Below, one piece after another: positions 28,812 through 42,558 of a stretch of 64,000 nucleotides of DNA. Position numbers and translations under genes: made by a program. Within the stretch, counting starts at the first letter, position 1; every line of letters begins with the position of its first letter. The notes beneath the pieces are model-generated. The model was not told the origin of the DNA, ran no database searches, and worked only from the letters and a program-made list of their open reading frames with translations. Origin of the DNA: Octopus sinensis (Eukaryota); the NCBI RefSeq assembly GCF_006345805.1, contig NC_043002.1, positions 37,820,001-37,884,000 on the forward strand, in the 5' to 3' direction.

Positions 28812-28900
28812 ATACATATAAATATTATATGTATGTATGTATGCATGTATATATATATATATATATATGTAAATATAAATACATATATATAATATATATA

Positions 28901-29302
28901 GGTGCGGAGGTGGCTGTGTGGTAAGTAGCTTGCTTACCAACCAAATGGTTCCGGGTTCAGTCCCACTGTGTGGCACCTTGGGCAAATATCTTCTACTATA
29001 GCTTCGGATCGACCTAAGCCTTGTGAGGTAAAGACGGAAACTGAAAGAAGCCTGTCGTATACATATATATATATATATGTATGTCTGTGTGTCTGTGCTT
29101 GTCCTTCCAACATCGCTTGACAACCGATGCTGGTAGCTTTACGTTCCAGTAACTTAGCGGTTCGGCAAAAAGATACCGATAGAATAAGTACTAGCCTTAC
29201 AAAGAATAAGTCCTGGGGTCGATTTGCTCGACTAAAGGCGGTGCTCCAGCTTAGCCGCAGTCAAATGACAGAAACAAGAAAAAGAATAAAAGAAAAGAAA
29301 GA
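28901..29302 (+). mobile_element. tRNA-derived SINE family A, full length reference copy
   Basis: A-box-like TGGCTGTGTGGTAAG and B-box-like GGTTCAGTCCC, an internal TA/TG tract, and an A-rich tail (gaaacaagaaaaagaataaaag). Multiple copies in the window. Confidence 0.9.
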
Positions 29303-30525
29303 ATATATATATGTATTTATATATATATAGTCCTGGGTATGACTCTAAACTACATCCGGTAGTGGGGCACTGTGGCCCTGGTTTCAGGATTTGAAAAGTG
29401 TGGAACCACCTCTTACCCACTATTGTTTCCGGGTCTACTATGATCCGGGTTGATAGTAGCTGTAAGGGTTCCAGTTATGCGTTAACTAGGAAACCCCCTT
29501 GTGACTATAGTGCGGGGGGCGGGTAGAATGTATTCGCCGTATTCCCTATGAATGGAATGCCTAGTGCGTGTCTTGTGGCTACCCCCTTAGGGGAATAGGC
29601 TTTGGTAATATATATATATAAATATTGAGTGTGTGAATATATATATATATATCATATAATATATAATGTATATAATATATATATATATATAAGCATATAT
29701 ATATATATAATAGTGAGAGTATTAAACCGAAAGTATTATCTTACATTAGAATAGAGATGTTATAGTTTCACTTTTGACACGTAATACTAAAAGAGATAAG
29801 AGACTGCAATGGCCTCGCATTAGGAAAGAAGTTGAAATTTTGTGGGGGCATGACACTGCATGGACCCTACGTAAGACATGTGCAAAGTTGGGATGAAATC
29901 AGTTGGGTAGTTCTCGAGTTTTAGCTCATTTGGCCCCACGCGCCTTACTTTGTTACGAAGAGTCACGCTGCATAAAGAACAGACTCGTTTTCCTCAATAC
30001 AGGCAGATAGCCCTGACTGAACATATCAAGAGATGCGCAAGAAATAAAATACCGAATTTCCATATCTTTCCATCATACCAATGCAAAGATTGAATCTCCT
30101 TACAATAACACCTAAACAAGGAAAACCTGTTCATACAAAAGTACAGACCACACCTTTATATGAAAACTTGACCATTTCAAAAATTATACTGAGGAGTTAG
30201 TTGTCCCCCTTGCCGCCTGTTGCCTCCCTTACTCGACTCTATAGACTCATTCTTATTTTTCAAGCATCCAAAATGGCAAGACCCCTTTGTCACAAGAATT
30301 GATTACTTCACAATGTCCCTTGAAAAGCTAATTTAAATGGCGAAAACCGGTTGGATATCATAACATCCATAAAATATGTATATATTTTTTAAAAATCTTT
30401 ATAAAAACATATTAAACTATGTGAAACAAAGGCGTTTCCCTTTCACTTTTCATATATGTTTTTCACATATTTTCAACTCATAATTTTACCACGTGGTGTA
30501 TACTGAATCTCCAGTATTTTTGCTC

Positions 30526-30565
<40 letters not shown>

Positions 30566-30635
30566 CATATATATATACACACATACACACATATAAATAT
30601 ACACACATCGGCGCGCGCACACACACATGTGCGCA

Positions 30636-30745
30636 ACGCGCTTCTTTCAGTTTCTGTCTACTATTCCTATTAGCAATTTTGGTCCGCTGCTACAGTAGAA
30701 GAAACTTGCTCAAGGAGCAGGAAGCAAGTCTCTAACTTACATGGC
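30636..30745 (-). mobile_element. SINE family A, degenerate 5' part
   Basis: cttctttcagtttctgtctac..agtagaagaaacttgctcaagg matches the reverse complement of 28970-29055. Confidence 0.6.
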
Positions 30746-30960
30746 CACGTCGCACACATTATGGGTGGAAATGCGAACACATATACATTCTGTGAAAGAT
30801 GAGAATCACATTAAATTTTGATTCTGTCATCCATTTTATGAAATATACGCTATGATTATCCTCTCTGAACGAACGCACGTTTAATAAGTGATAATTTCCT
30901 TATTTTATTTTTCTTTAATGAATCACATATTTGCTTAGTTTGTTTCTTTCTTTTCAACTA

Positions 30961-31135
30961 TTATTATTATTATTAGTAGTATTAATATTATTATTATTGA
31001 GTGAGAGAGCAGTGCATGCCATCAAAGTGACACTGGGGTATTATAATCATCATCATCATCATCATCATCATTATTCCCCCTTTTGGCAAATACATGAAAT
31101 CATCATCATCACCATTATTATTATTATTATTATTA

Positions 31136-31177
<42 letters not shown>

Positions 31178-31318
31178 CCTTATTATTATTGTTGTTGTAG
31201 TGGTAGTAGTAGTAGTTGTTGTTTTTGTTCTTGTTATTATTGTTCTTGTTGTTATTGTTGCTGTTGCCGTCATCATCGTAATCATCATCATTATCGTAAT
31301 CACCATCATCATCATTTT
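30961..31318. repeat. compound (ATT)n/(ATC)n/(GTT)n microsatellite containing a 45-bp retroposon tail (30996-31040)
   Basis: Directly visible; attgagtgagagagcagtgcatgccatcaaagtgacactgggg matches 43206-43247. Confidence 0.9.
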
Positions 31319-31952
31319 GCTCGAGTCCCTTTTCACACATTTTAGACCTGAATGAAGCAAAACAGGCTTCCATGTTAAATGTTTCTAAAATCGAGTTTTC
31401 ATCGTTATCGATTGAGTTTGAAAATAATCCATAGGCTAATAAGAGCTGAAAACTTACGTCAAAATGGCTAAAACAGAAAACATAAAACGAAAGAGATTTC
31501 CTGTGGATTACTATCTATATTTTTCGTTTTTGCTTTGCAAATTAGTTTCGTTTTTACTTATTTACTGATTTAATTATTTATTTATTCATCTATTTATTTT
31601 TATCCTTGGGAGTGTTCTGTCTTTATCTATTCTATAAATACGTTTCGATGTCAAATTGGTATTTTGATGCCATAGCAACAGAAGGCATCATTTTCATCTC
31701 GGATATTCCTATATTGTTTTACAGTATACTCAGGGTTTACATTACACATCAGTTAATAACTTTTTGTTATGCATGAAATGAATAAGCACATGAACTCGTA
31801 CACACATTCACATAGACATACATACAAACATGTGCACACACATGTGCATGCACGTTCTAATAAGTACACATGCATATATATATATATATATATATATATA
31901 GGTGTGACTGTATGTGTATTCTACATATATATATATATATATATATAATATG

Positions 31953-31985
<33 letters not shown>

Positions 31986-32695
31986 GTGTGACTGTATGTG
32001 TATACTATATATATATATATACATTCATACATACAAATGTGTGTATATATATGATACAGAAAATCATATATGTACACTAACATTATGCAACAGTTTTGAG
32101 GAAAAGTCTAACATCATTTCGTGTACATAGACAGATTAATGGAAAAGATGATGTGTTCTGAATTATTGGTAAATATCTAATTCAAACATCCCTTCATACG
32201 GTACACGTTAGATATTGTTGGACTGTGTATATTGAGAATACTGACACAAGGCTTCTTTTGTGTAAACACTGAACTTTAGTTTGGAAATATAGATATCATA
32301 TTTCCTATCAGAATGTTTTATATTTTAGAAGTTATATGTTTCCTTCAGATTATATTATGTTAATAAACGCTGGGTTTCTTTCGTATTATTATATTGTATT
32401 ATGTTGATAGATACGATATGTGTGTATCACGTTAGGTCGTGATGTGACATTTTATCATATTCCTTGTTGAAGCAAGACGAACCAAGTGGATTTTTGGCAA
32501 CCGTTATAATGATTTGCATTATGAAAGAATGTACGTGCGTATATAGGTATGTATGCATGTATATATGTGTGTGGATAGGTAGGTAGGTAGGTAGGTAGGT
32601 AGGTAGGTAGGTAGGCAGGTGGGTCCGAAAGTGTGTATATATCTATCTATCTATCTAAGTATTATATATATGCATGTATTATATTTATGTATGCT

Positions 32696-32727
<32 letters not shown>

Positions 32728-32751
32728 ATATATTATATATATTTATATATA

Positions 32752-32794
<43 letters not shown>

Positions 32795-33063
32795 ATTCAC
32801 GAATGGTCATTTTGCCAGTTTAGCCAATAAAAACATACGCACTATATATTTGGTGTTACTTTGCTTCAGCGGTATTTATTTTGTACATTAATCTTAATCT
32901 TATTTCGGCCAGAGTTCTTTCGTCACATTCCTAAATACAACAATATGTTTCAACACACGATTTCGCATCAAAAATCTTGCGAAACAAATATATATACATA
33001 TATATACATACAATATATATGCTCTAACATGGCCGCAGTCACATGACTGAAATAATTAAAAGA

Positions 33064-33096
<33 letters not shown>

Positions 33097-33773
33097 ATAT
33101 ATACATGCATACACTTATATATAATAATAATAATTGATGAAGGACACAGAAGACAGATTTGGCTCTATTCTTGATTAAGTATTACAATCGTTTCGACTCA
33201 TTCTACAACTGGCCGTTATGGGTAGGATTTTGTGCATCTAATTGTGTTGCATCCATCTGTGAATTTTGTAGCACATCAACTACAAGCATAAAAACGGGCA
33301 TGTCCCGTTAGATATACTGAGATGTCCTAGGGATGTTGTTCGTGCCTGCTGTATCTTGATTTCCGTTTCCTTCATCGGTTATTATTATCTCAACTGACAC
33401 TGCAGAATTCCTGAAGTAGATCAAGTGGAAGCATACTCTGATCGTGGATGACATCAGGTCGCCCAAACTGTGAACGTGCTTTACTCAACATACTAATTGT
33501 AATATGCTCATTAGTCCTCCAAATTATATATATTGATATATAAATGAGTAACGAAGATATATAGGTGTGAATTCATTATGGCCGTTTCAAGTGACTCCTT
33601 AAATTGAATATTGAAAACATTACATCATTTGAAAGAGACTGTTCTCGTCAGATGACTGCATACACTTCAAATATAAAAGATAAAACCACTGCTCTAACTT
33701 ATGCACATCAATAATGGAACTCAAAATACGTACATTGTTTCTGTTGTCATATCTCTGGCAGGATGAGTTGGAA

Positions 33774-34105
33774 TGTAATGCATACCTTGTCAAGTTTACT
33801 ATAATTTATATATGCATAGAGCCATATGCGTATCATACTCAATGCACAAGATCACAAGAGGCAAATGTACCGGGGTATCCACCTGGAGATGAAGCCTCAT
33901 ATAGACGTGTGCTTAAAACAGGATATATACCGGAAAGTAAAGGAAATCATCTTACCAGCGGCTACCGAGAACGCTACATGTGTTGCTACTTTATGGGCCA
34001 AAACTGATGATTAGACGAAAGTTGTCTACTGACATGTCGACGAACAGTGAATAAAAGTTCTATGGTGTTGTGAATAAACATCTGACTGAATAAAAGTCCG
34101 TTACA
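33774..34105 (+). mobile_element. probable solo LTR
   Basis: Begins TGTAA and ends TTACA (5-bp terminal inverted repeat). Three AATAAA near the 3' end. Flanks TGGAA / TGCAA resemble a 5-bp TSD with one mismatch. Confidence 0.55.
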
Positions 34106-34554
34106 TGCAAGGGAAGATTATAATAACCTTCTACGTGTCATACATATATGATGAAAGACAAATTTACTGCGGTATTCCTCCGGAGAACTATCTTTTATCG
34201 ACGTGCTGTACTTGAAAACACAATATATTCATCAATCGAACAAGAAAATTGTTTCAACAGCATTAAGTGAGTACACTAAATACATTTCTTCCTGGGTAAT
34301 CGTTGTCAGTACCGTGTACCACTATATGCCGGACTAGGGTTTGACTGTGATCACACGCTATTGACGCAGAAATGCATCAGGCATTCTCACGTAACGATGT
34401 TGTGACGATTTTCGTCTTCCCCGTTATATAAATATATATATATATATATTATGTTTTTAATCACAGCATGGTGATATTAACTCCGGACTAATGCATTTAA
34501 GCTACGACTGCTATCAACATACTCGTTGACCTTAAGATCGAAGCATTGCTTCAT

Positions 34555-34745
34555 ACAGTTCTATATTTCAGGGATGAGGAATTATGTACATTAATTACAT
34601 TATTTACATTTGACGGATATTTGTCCGATCGTGATTTGTCCTGATCTTGATGAAGGCTGGAGTGTATATCAGCCGAAACGCTGTGTTAACAACAAACAAG
34701 ATGGGGACAAATAGCCGTTAAATGTAAATAATGTAAATAATGAAA
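34555..34745. mobile_element. inverted pair of Penelope terminal-repeat fragments
   Basis: Arms ttacattatttacatttgacggatatttgtcc / ggacaaatagccgttaaatgtaaataatgtaa. 34648-34735 is the reverse complement of 62667-62746, the end of the GIY-YIG Penelope element. Confidence 0.85.
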
Positions 34746-35696
34746 CATTACTTATTTAACGAGAAACTCCATTACATGACCTGATGAGATGCTTCTGCAT
34801 CTAAATTCATTGTATAGTTTCCCACCCGCGAGGGAGCAAAGTAGGATATGTGAGTCGAAAGGATCGTTGTCATGCATAAAATTTCAAGCATGTTCGTCTT
34901 CCGTCACTATTGTTTCTATTATACTCAACGTACACTGAGAAATTCCTAATGTAGATCCAGCGACGATTGTGCAATTACCGTGAATGACACCAGGTAGCCA
35001 TAGGCAGTGCATGTGCTCTATCAGTATGCAGCTAAAGACATAACCAAAACGTAAATTTAAAATCAAAATTAAAATTTTATCTTATATATTTGTATGTATG
35101 TGTGTATATATTTGTATATATATATGTATGTAATAATTTAATAGGTTCCAAATATTATGATGTAGGAAGGTAAGTTTCAAGCAAGTACATAGCTAGTATA
35201 GTTGCTAAACGTTGGACCTCGTATACGTTAAATGAATTTGTTAACCATCGCGTATTACACACTTCGACCCTTATTGAAATCAAGGTACATTTCGAGAAGT
35301 TGGCAGTCACTATATAACTCACAATTTAGCAACTAGAGTTGCTCGAAAATGCGAATAAAAATCCGAGAATGTAAGGAATGGGAAAGGTAAATAAAGACTA
35401 CAAATTTACTTATCTCTACACAACTTGACTGTAATAGGACCTAAAGATTAGATACGCAGGTTTTATGTGTTACAGGTTGTGTGACAAAGTTTTGTTTGAG
35501 CTATGAAAAATCTGTAGCCTTTATTTACGTTTAGCATTATCAGCTTTATATCTGCACTTTTGGCAACTTCAGTTGCTTAAGCGTAAGTCAGACATATATG
35601 TACACATAAATATATACTTATAAACATATATATTTACACATAAACAACATACAGGCATACATACGTACATATATAAAAATATGTGTATTATGTATG

Positions 35697-35730
<34 letters not shown>

Positions 35731-35736
35731 TGGTTG

Positions 35737-35767
<31 letters not shown>

Positions 35768-36419
35768 TCGAAGGCCAACTGTCATTGGCTTGATATAAAA
35801 TTTGTTATGGTGGCTTCCCAAATAAATCGTAGTCGAAATAAACTAAAATGAAAAACGTTATAATCTTTTCGTTTGTGAATCAAAACTTATATTGTTCAAT
35901 ATAGCGTTTATTTGTTTATTTCAAGACCTTCGTGTGTCATTATGAAACGTACAGTTGCCATTTTCAGTGGTTTGAGCGATGGCGTCAGCTCTTTACTGAC
36001 TTACTTTTTTCTGGCTTCTTCTCTTTCCATCTCTTTCCCTACCCTCTTCCTCTTCGTCTTACACTTTGAATTTTTATATCTTCTGATTATATGACCGAAG
36101 TAACATGCTAGTTATCTCACCAGTTCTGCCTAGAGGCGGTGTGAGTTTTGAATAAGCTAGACAGGTTGAATTAATGCTTTTTTTCTCTATTGCATATATA
36201 CATATTGACATGTTAGCATCATTAATATTAAATTTTAATAGACATCATATTTCTTTCATATATAATGTGAATAGACTGTGTATCGAATTTAGATTATAAT
36301 AAAAGACCTTCCATGACTCTATAACCGAAAATGAAAAAAAGAAACTGAGAGGAATCAAGAATATCTTCACTTGAAGAACACTGATTCGATTAATACGATC
36401 TAGAATACTGGTTGCGAGC

Positions 36420-37700
36420 TGTGTTTCAGGGCTACCAAAAGGATTAAAGGCCTAGGTCAACCAGCAGTAAATCCACCCAAGAGTACTCTTGATTGTGCTC
36501 CTCTAGGATGTTGCCAGCAGGGGGCTTTCAGCGTACAAGTAGCTTGAGGAATAAGAGCCTGAAAGAAGTAGTATTAAGGTCAGCTCTTCTTTTAGTTTAA
36601 TCAACGAAGAACTCGTGGTGACACGAACACAAGAACACATGCTGGGAAAGAGTCACTGTAAAGTCAAGAGGGAAATATCAAATAAATGAGGTGGTCCAGC
36701 TGGCATTGGAGAAGCTGAAGCATAAGACCCTTTTTAGGAGCGGAGCACAGAGCAGGACCGAGCTCGGCAGTGCAAAAAATAATTGATATGACACGGCCAG
36801 TCAGAAGGGGAGGCAGACTGTCCTGTAGATGGTGCAAGCGTCAGTAGAAGAAGTGAATAGTAAAGTGGGGGCAAGAAGGACACAGAGCATCTAGATGATA
36901 GGAAACAGGTAATGAGGCGGAATGTCACTTGGCAGGTCATTTGGAAGTGGAAACCTGAAAGAATCAAATTCTCAGTTTTGGGGTATATTATTTTCCTCTC
37001 ATACCTTGGTGTTCTAAGAATACTCAGGCACACCCCGAGTTACTGTTTGCTATAAGGTGCTAGAAGAGTGATGCTATCGCTAGAGACATGACCAGGTCCA
37101 CAAGACTCTCTTTAAGACAACTAGCTAAATAAGTGACAGTGAAAATGCTCACACTACAGACGGAAATTTCGTACTTGTTAAAGAGAGAGTGTTCGAATGA
37201 CGAAAGACAACGCGGCTCCGATGATTTTCTTTGTAAACGGCTCTGTGATGTAAATAATTCTAGAGAAGCAGTTAAAATTTCATTACATATCATCATGATC
37301 TCGTTGAGAAACCATATCATCTTGGTTTCTGAGTTAAGTGGGTAGCTCATCGTATTGGTGTAAATAGCTCCCTGCAAGAAAAGGAGGGAAAGGCAAAAAA
37401 GTAGAAAAGGGCAAAATACCAGGACTTGGTGAACTAGGATTGTTCCAGAAATGGATGGAGGACCAAATGTTTGTCAGTGGAGGTGGGATGTTGAGGATTC
37501 ACGCCTCATTCTCTCAGTAAGGTTTACGGAGTCGTAAATGTGCCGAAGAAAAGCAAGAAGAATGAAGAGGCTGATGAAAAGGGTCTAGAAGCTCTGGTTA
37601 AAAAGAGATATCCGGTAGGGTCACTAGAATACTACTTGGAGTCAGATCTAAGCTTTACTAGATAAATTCAGATTGCCTGGCTTTGGGTGTATGTTGTAAA
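36420..37700 (-). mobile_element. highly degenerate CR1-like LINE reverse transcriptase region
   Basis: Ordered remnants on the - strand: YGFSTRS (cf. QYGFR..RST), TYLASCLKESLVD (cf. SFLS.R...VVVDG), NS/GVPEYS (cf. NSGVPQGS), NDLPSD, STDACTIY (cf. ADDxTxY), FSNAS (cf. FNASK). Pyrimidine-rich sense strand. Confidence 0.5.
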
Positions 37701-38266
37701 ATCAGATTCATCTAATGATGTCAGTATACAACCCTATTAATATTGATATTTCTTGCGGAATATCCAGGATATTCGACGCACATGAAATATCCGCGATAGA
37801 ATCTCGTATTTGGTCTCATGATCGATTAGAAATAAACAATTCCTGCATCCAATGAAGCTCTCAAATTTTATTTATATGCCAAACTGTTGCAAATATGGTA
37901 TAGTACAAGCTCCTTCATCGGTTTCTACAATATATCTGTCGAATAATCAATCGTGCCCCCAACTTTATACATGGTTAACATGCAAATAGAAAATTCAAAG
38001 GTGCTAAAATGCTTGACTTCCCTATTATCGATGATTCATTTTGCGACCATTTTCCTCCAACGTATCAAAAGCCGCATCATGCCAGGAGATGCTTAAACTC
38101 TCAACAGTTAATAAATCTACAAAGCTTAAGACAGTCCTATAATGGGTGCAGCCGGTACACAAGTAAACGATAATATTGCTTGCAAAAAGTCTGCTGATTA
38201 AATGCTATGAATTCACACTCCAACTTCTATTCTACTTTGTCTTTTCTGTACTTCTCTTGTAGAAGT

Positions 38267-38880
38267 ACAGGGTGTTCGGGATAAATTTCACAGTTTGCAT
38301 AAAAGGAAAATAAATTACAATAATAAAGCATTTAAAAAAAAATGTCAGCTAGATTTTGGTTTGGAGAAAACAGTTAAAAGTAGCCGCCCGCAACTTCCAT
38401 CGCGTCTTCAGGATGCTTTCGGAACCTACCGCATACTTTCCTCACTTTGTCTGTGGGAAGTTATTCAAACACCTCTCTGATCTTGGTCACCAGCTCTGCT
38501 TTGGTGTTGCAGGCAGAGCAGTTGTGTTTTTCTCAACTGCACCCCACACATTGTAATCCACGGGATTGCAATTTGAAGAATTAGGAGACCAGAAATTGGG
38601 GGCTGGTGAAGCTCTAGAAATTATCCGACGACTGCTTCTGACTCTTTCTGCAGGTATGGCCAGGAGACGAATCCTGCAGCCCAACACTGGATTTCTAGTA
38701 GCAATATTCTCCAGCCAGGGATTGACTATAGTCTCCGGAAGCTTCATGTAACAGTGTGAATGAAACCCAAGGCGCTGTTCCGGCATGTGTAACGTAGTCA
38801 GAACGTTTGCTGTCTCCATTCCTGCTAGTTATCATCTCGTAAGTCTTCGTTGCAGCTGTGCATCTCCCGTCTTACAGATT
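38267..38880 (-). mobile_element. Tc1/mariner-superfamily transposase 3' fragment with one TIR
   Basis: WSPNSSNCNPVDYNVWGAVEK matches the W(P)PxSPDxNPxDYxVWG motif with D as third catalytic residue. The end reads TA-CAGGGTGTTC at about 38266. Confidence 0.85.
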
Positions 38881-39249
38881 TTACAGTGTTCACGGAGCAT
38901 TCAGAAGCAGTCCTGATGTTGGCATTTTAACAAGATACGCGTAGCGTAACCCTTTCCCAATATTCAGATGCTTTAAGTTTTCCATATCAGCTAACTTTTT
39001 CTAAACGAAACTTTTATGTTTATGCTCTCCAATGCTTTTGACAGTTCACCAAAACATCAACCTAAGACTGAAAAAAATATTGTTTACCTTGTAGCTGAGA
39101 TGTTCCGTATTTGATCCTCCCGCATCACTGAAATGAGACCCCCACTTGCTAGATCAAAAGGTTATTAGGTTTTACTCAGTATAAACTGATTGCTCAAGCC
39201 CACTATCGGTCCAAATATACTTACAATAATAAAACTCGGCATCTACAAT

Positions 39250-39432
39250 AATGCTTTGTATTATAGGCACGAGGTCTGAAATGTGTAAGAGGGACCTTAG
39301 TCTATTACACTAAAACCAGTACTCAACTCGTATTTATATCCCCAATCCCAAAAGTATGAAAGGCATAGTCGACCTCGGCAGAATTTGAACTTAGACGTTC
39401 AGATGAAATGCCACCAAACATTTTCCCCAGTA
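39250..39432 (-). mobile_element. degenerate SINE family B copy
   Basis: atgaaaggcatagtcgacctcggcagaatttgaact matches 13466-13497. Confidence 0.75.
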
Positions 39433-39969
39433 TACAATAAAAAATGTATACTTCTGAGAGATACACTGATATTTCTGAATAGAACACATAAAACATTTCA
39501 GGATGCAACCGGAAATTCTCATTTAAAGTTTTTGAGTGTATTGCACCTTTCTACAAGCATACTGAACTTAGCAACATACCAAATGTTTTCTATATAACCT
39601 CATTGCAGTTTGAAATTCTCTGCTGAAACCTGTTTTCTCTCATTGCACAGAAACTGTTGCAGTTGTAAACAAATATTAGCCGCATTAAAAGAAAAATTTT
39701 AAGCCTGAAAGGTCCACTGCATAGCTTCAAGGTATATAGTTGCGCAATGTACTTGCAATGATAAATAGAGGTACAGACACATTGACTTGCAATTACATAC
39801 GATAGTTCATGTACACATATATACAGGCATACACTTTTCACTACTGCAAAACCTTTGATATGATTAAGTATGTATGTATATATGTTTGCATGTATTGTAT
39901 ATACACACACACATTTATATGTACATATGTCAATATACATACATGTATACACGCACACACGCACACACA

Positions 39970-40011
<42 letters not shown>

Positions 40012-40269
40012 TACACACAAACAAACAAACGCACACATACATATACTGTTGAGTAGAAATGTCAGATTAATATTCATTTTTATTCATAATCGCAGCACTA
40101 ACATATTAGTTTATAAGCATACACAAACGCATATTAAAACATATTAATGATGATATACACAGAAGAAGTAAGCTGATTGAAGAAAGAACCAGAAGCAGAG
40201 AGGAAGAGCGAGTGAAGAAGGCATAGGAGACATAATATTGGGATGTAGAGAAAGCAATACATAAACAGA

Positions 40270-40288
40270 GAGAAGGAGAAAGAGAGAG

Positions 40289-40347
<59 letters not shown>

Positions 40348-40362
40348 AGAGAGAGAGAGAGG
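40270..40362. repeat. (GA)n microsatellite
   Basis: Directly visible. Confidence 0.95.
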
Positions 40363-40813
40363 GTAATTTGTACACTAAAGATTGTATATCATTTCAATAT
40401 TAGCTTAAATATCTTATGATTTTTTTTCCATGTAATTTAAATTCCAGAGAATTAAACTAACTGCAGTCTGAAAGAAATTTATTAAAATATTTTTCTGATT
40501 TTTTTTCTTCCTTTTCTGTAGTTTCTTTTACTTTTTCTCCGAAAGTTCATTGAATTGGTACAATAACTATCTATTTATGTATCTATCAGTCGATTTTTCA
40601 ATCTGTTTAATTATCTATGATTCTAGCTATCTATCAATCAGTCTCTCATTTTCTCGAAGTTTATATATCCATTCGTCTGTCCACCTAACTATTCAACCAT
40701 TCACCCCATGTACCTATCTAGCTAATTACGTCTTAAGGAATCTATCAATCAAAACCAATCAGTTTATCATTCGATCTATGGACCAGCCTACATGAGTCAA
40801 CCCTGCCACCCAC

Positions 40814-40814
<1 letters not shown>

Positions 40815-40854
<40 letters not shown>

Positions 40855-40863
40855 GCTAGCTAG

Positions 40864-40916
<53 letters not shown>

Positions 40917-40918
40917 AA
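40815..40918. repeat. (TATC)n array with a (TAGC)n interruption
   Basis: Directly visible. Confidence 0.95.
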
Positions 40919-42138
40919 TCAATGAACCTAGGTAGCTAGCTACCCCCCGTATATATATATCTATATGTATGTATACATGCATACAATTGTGAACAATTAT
41001 ACATATGTATGGGTATGCGTACATATGTTTCTGTAATGTGCTTATAGATGTATTGGCTAGCATACACCTGTTTATGTACAAAACATATTAAACACGTATT
41101 TGTAACTAAACACACATCTAAAATAACGACACGTACACACTCCCAGGCACGCAGAGACACACGCATTCACACATTTTTACGAAGGCGTCTGTATCTTCTT
41201 TAAAAACTGTAATCACATAAGGCACAAACACATTTATGAATCGGGTGTTTTCTGGTGCAAAATATCATGTAAACGGGTGCAGGTAAATCTAAATGTCATG
41301 AAAAATAACATCTGTTCCATTGGAATTTTTTCTCTTAAATCACAGCTGAGCAAAACTAGACGTTGGTTGGACCATTAATCAACTGTTATATATCAGACTT
41401 GACTCACACTGCAATAAGATAAACTTTATATAATTATATATATAGGCATGATTCCGATACGCCATTAAGCACCCCGTATGCACATACACGGAAGCGTGAT
41501 AATGTACGAGCATTTTCGCCGTGATGTAATTATTTTCATATGAATGTTAGCTGTAACTATTTGCACACACAAACACACATATGCACACACACACGTTCTC
41601 TCTGTCTCTCTCTGTCTCTCTCTTTCTCTCTTTTTCTCTCTCTCTCTCTCTACACACACACACTCAGACACATATAAATACTCTCTTCCTCCAAACACAC
41701 GCACAGATATATTCGACTTCTCATAGAGCAGGTGAAAAATATATTGAATGATATATGGTGTTCCGTTCCGCAAATTGTGTTTTTAATTTCATCTGATTGA
41801 ATTTAGCAATGCTAAGTGCAAGCAGTGTAACTATATTAGTATATATCTGCCGTTGTTCGGTGGTAAGTATATATTTGCCCACAACACGGCATGCCTAATT
41901 GATGTTAAAGAAATACATATTTTATAAACCACATCTATATTTACACACACACACATATAAATATTATATATATTATAATATATATATCTATATATATATA
42001 ATATATGAGTAATATTGTATATAATACAAATCCATATGTAGTGCATATATATATGTATTATATATATATATATAATATATATATATATATATAATAATAT
42101 ATATATATATATATATATATATCTATACATATAATATT

Positions 42139-42179
<41 letters not shown>

Positions 42180-42491
42180 TCATACATACATACGCCACCA
42201 CATTTACACACACACACTCACACACCCACTTATATATTGGCTTTATTGAATAGATCGAGGCAGATCAAAAGTGAAAGCACATCGCGTTTGATGGCTAGAC
42301 AATATGACATAAACCAACATAAAACAATCCTTGCAGTTAGCAAAGGGGGGGGCATCAGTGGTATTTAGTACTTCGCAAATCCGAGAATATCTAAATTTAA
42401 ATGAGACTTGAAGCATAGCATAATATAACAATATTAACTACAAATGGATTTTATGGTATACCAACAAATAGTTCATTAAGAAACGTGATTG

Positions 42492-42558
42492 TTATATGAC
42501 GTCATATAAATACGTCACCAACACCATCTACCACCACCCACCACCTGAAAATACGTCA
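42492..42558. promoter_or_regulatory. CRE/ATF motif cluster: 18-bp perfect palindrome TTATATGACGTCATATAA overlapping TATAAA, plus two TACGTCA half-sites
   Basis: Sequence motifs only; no downstream gene identified. Confidence 0.3.

Noticed and set aside
37060-37377. 105-aa minus-strand ORF preceded by a strong-looking acceptor (ttttcttgcag at about 37373)
   Set aside because: It lies within ordered CR1-like RT remnants; the pyrimidine tract and ORF are better explained as decayed LINE.
41807-41862. Exon-like segment encoding KCKQCNY, suggestive of a C2H2 zinc finger
   Set aside because: No following F/L/H..H residues or linker and no tandem fingers; likely chance.
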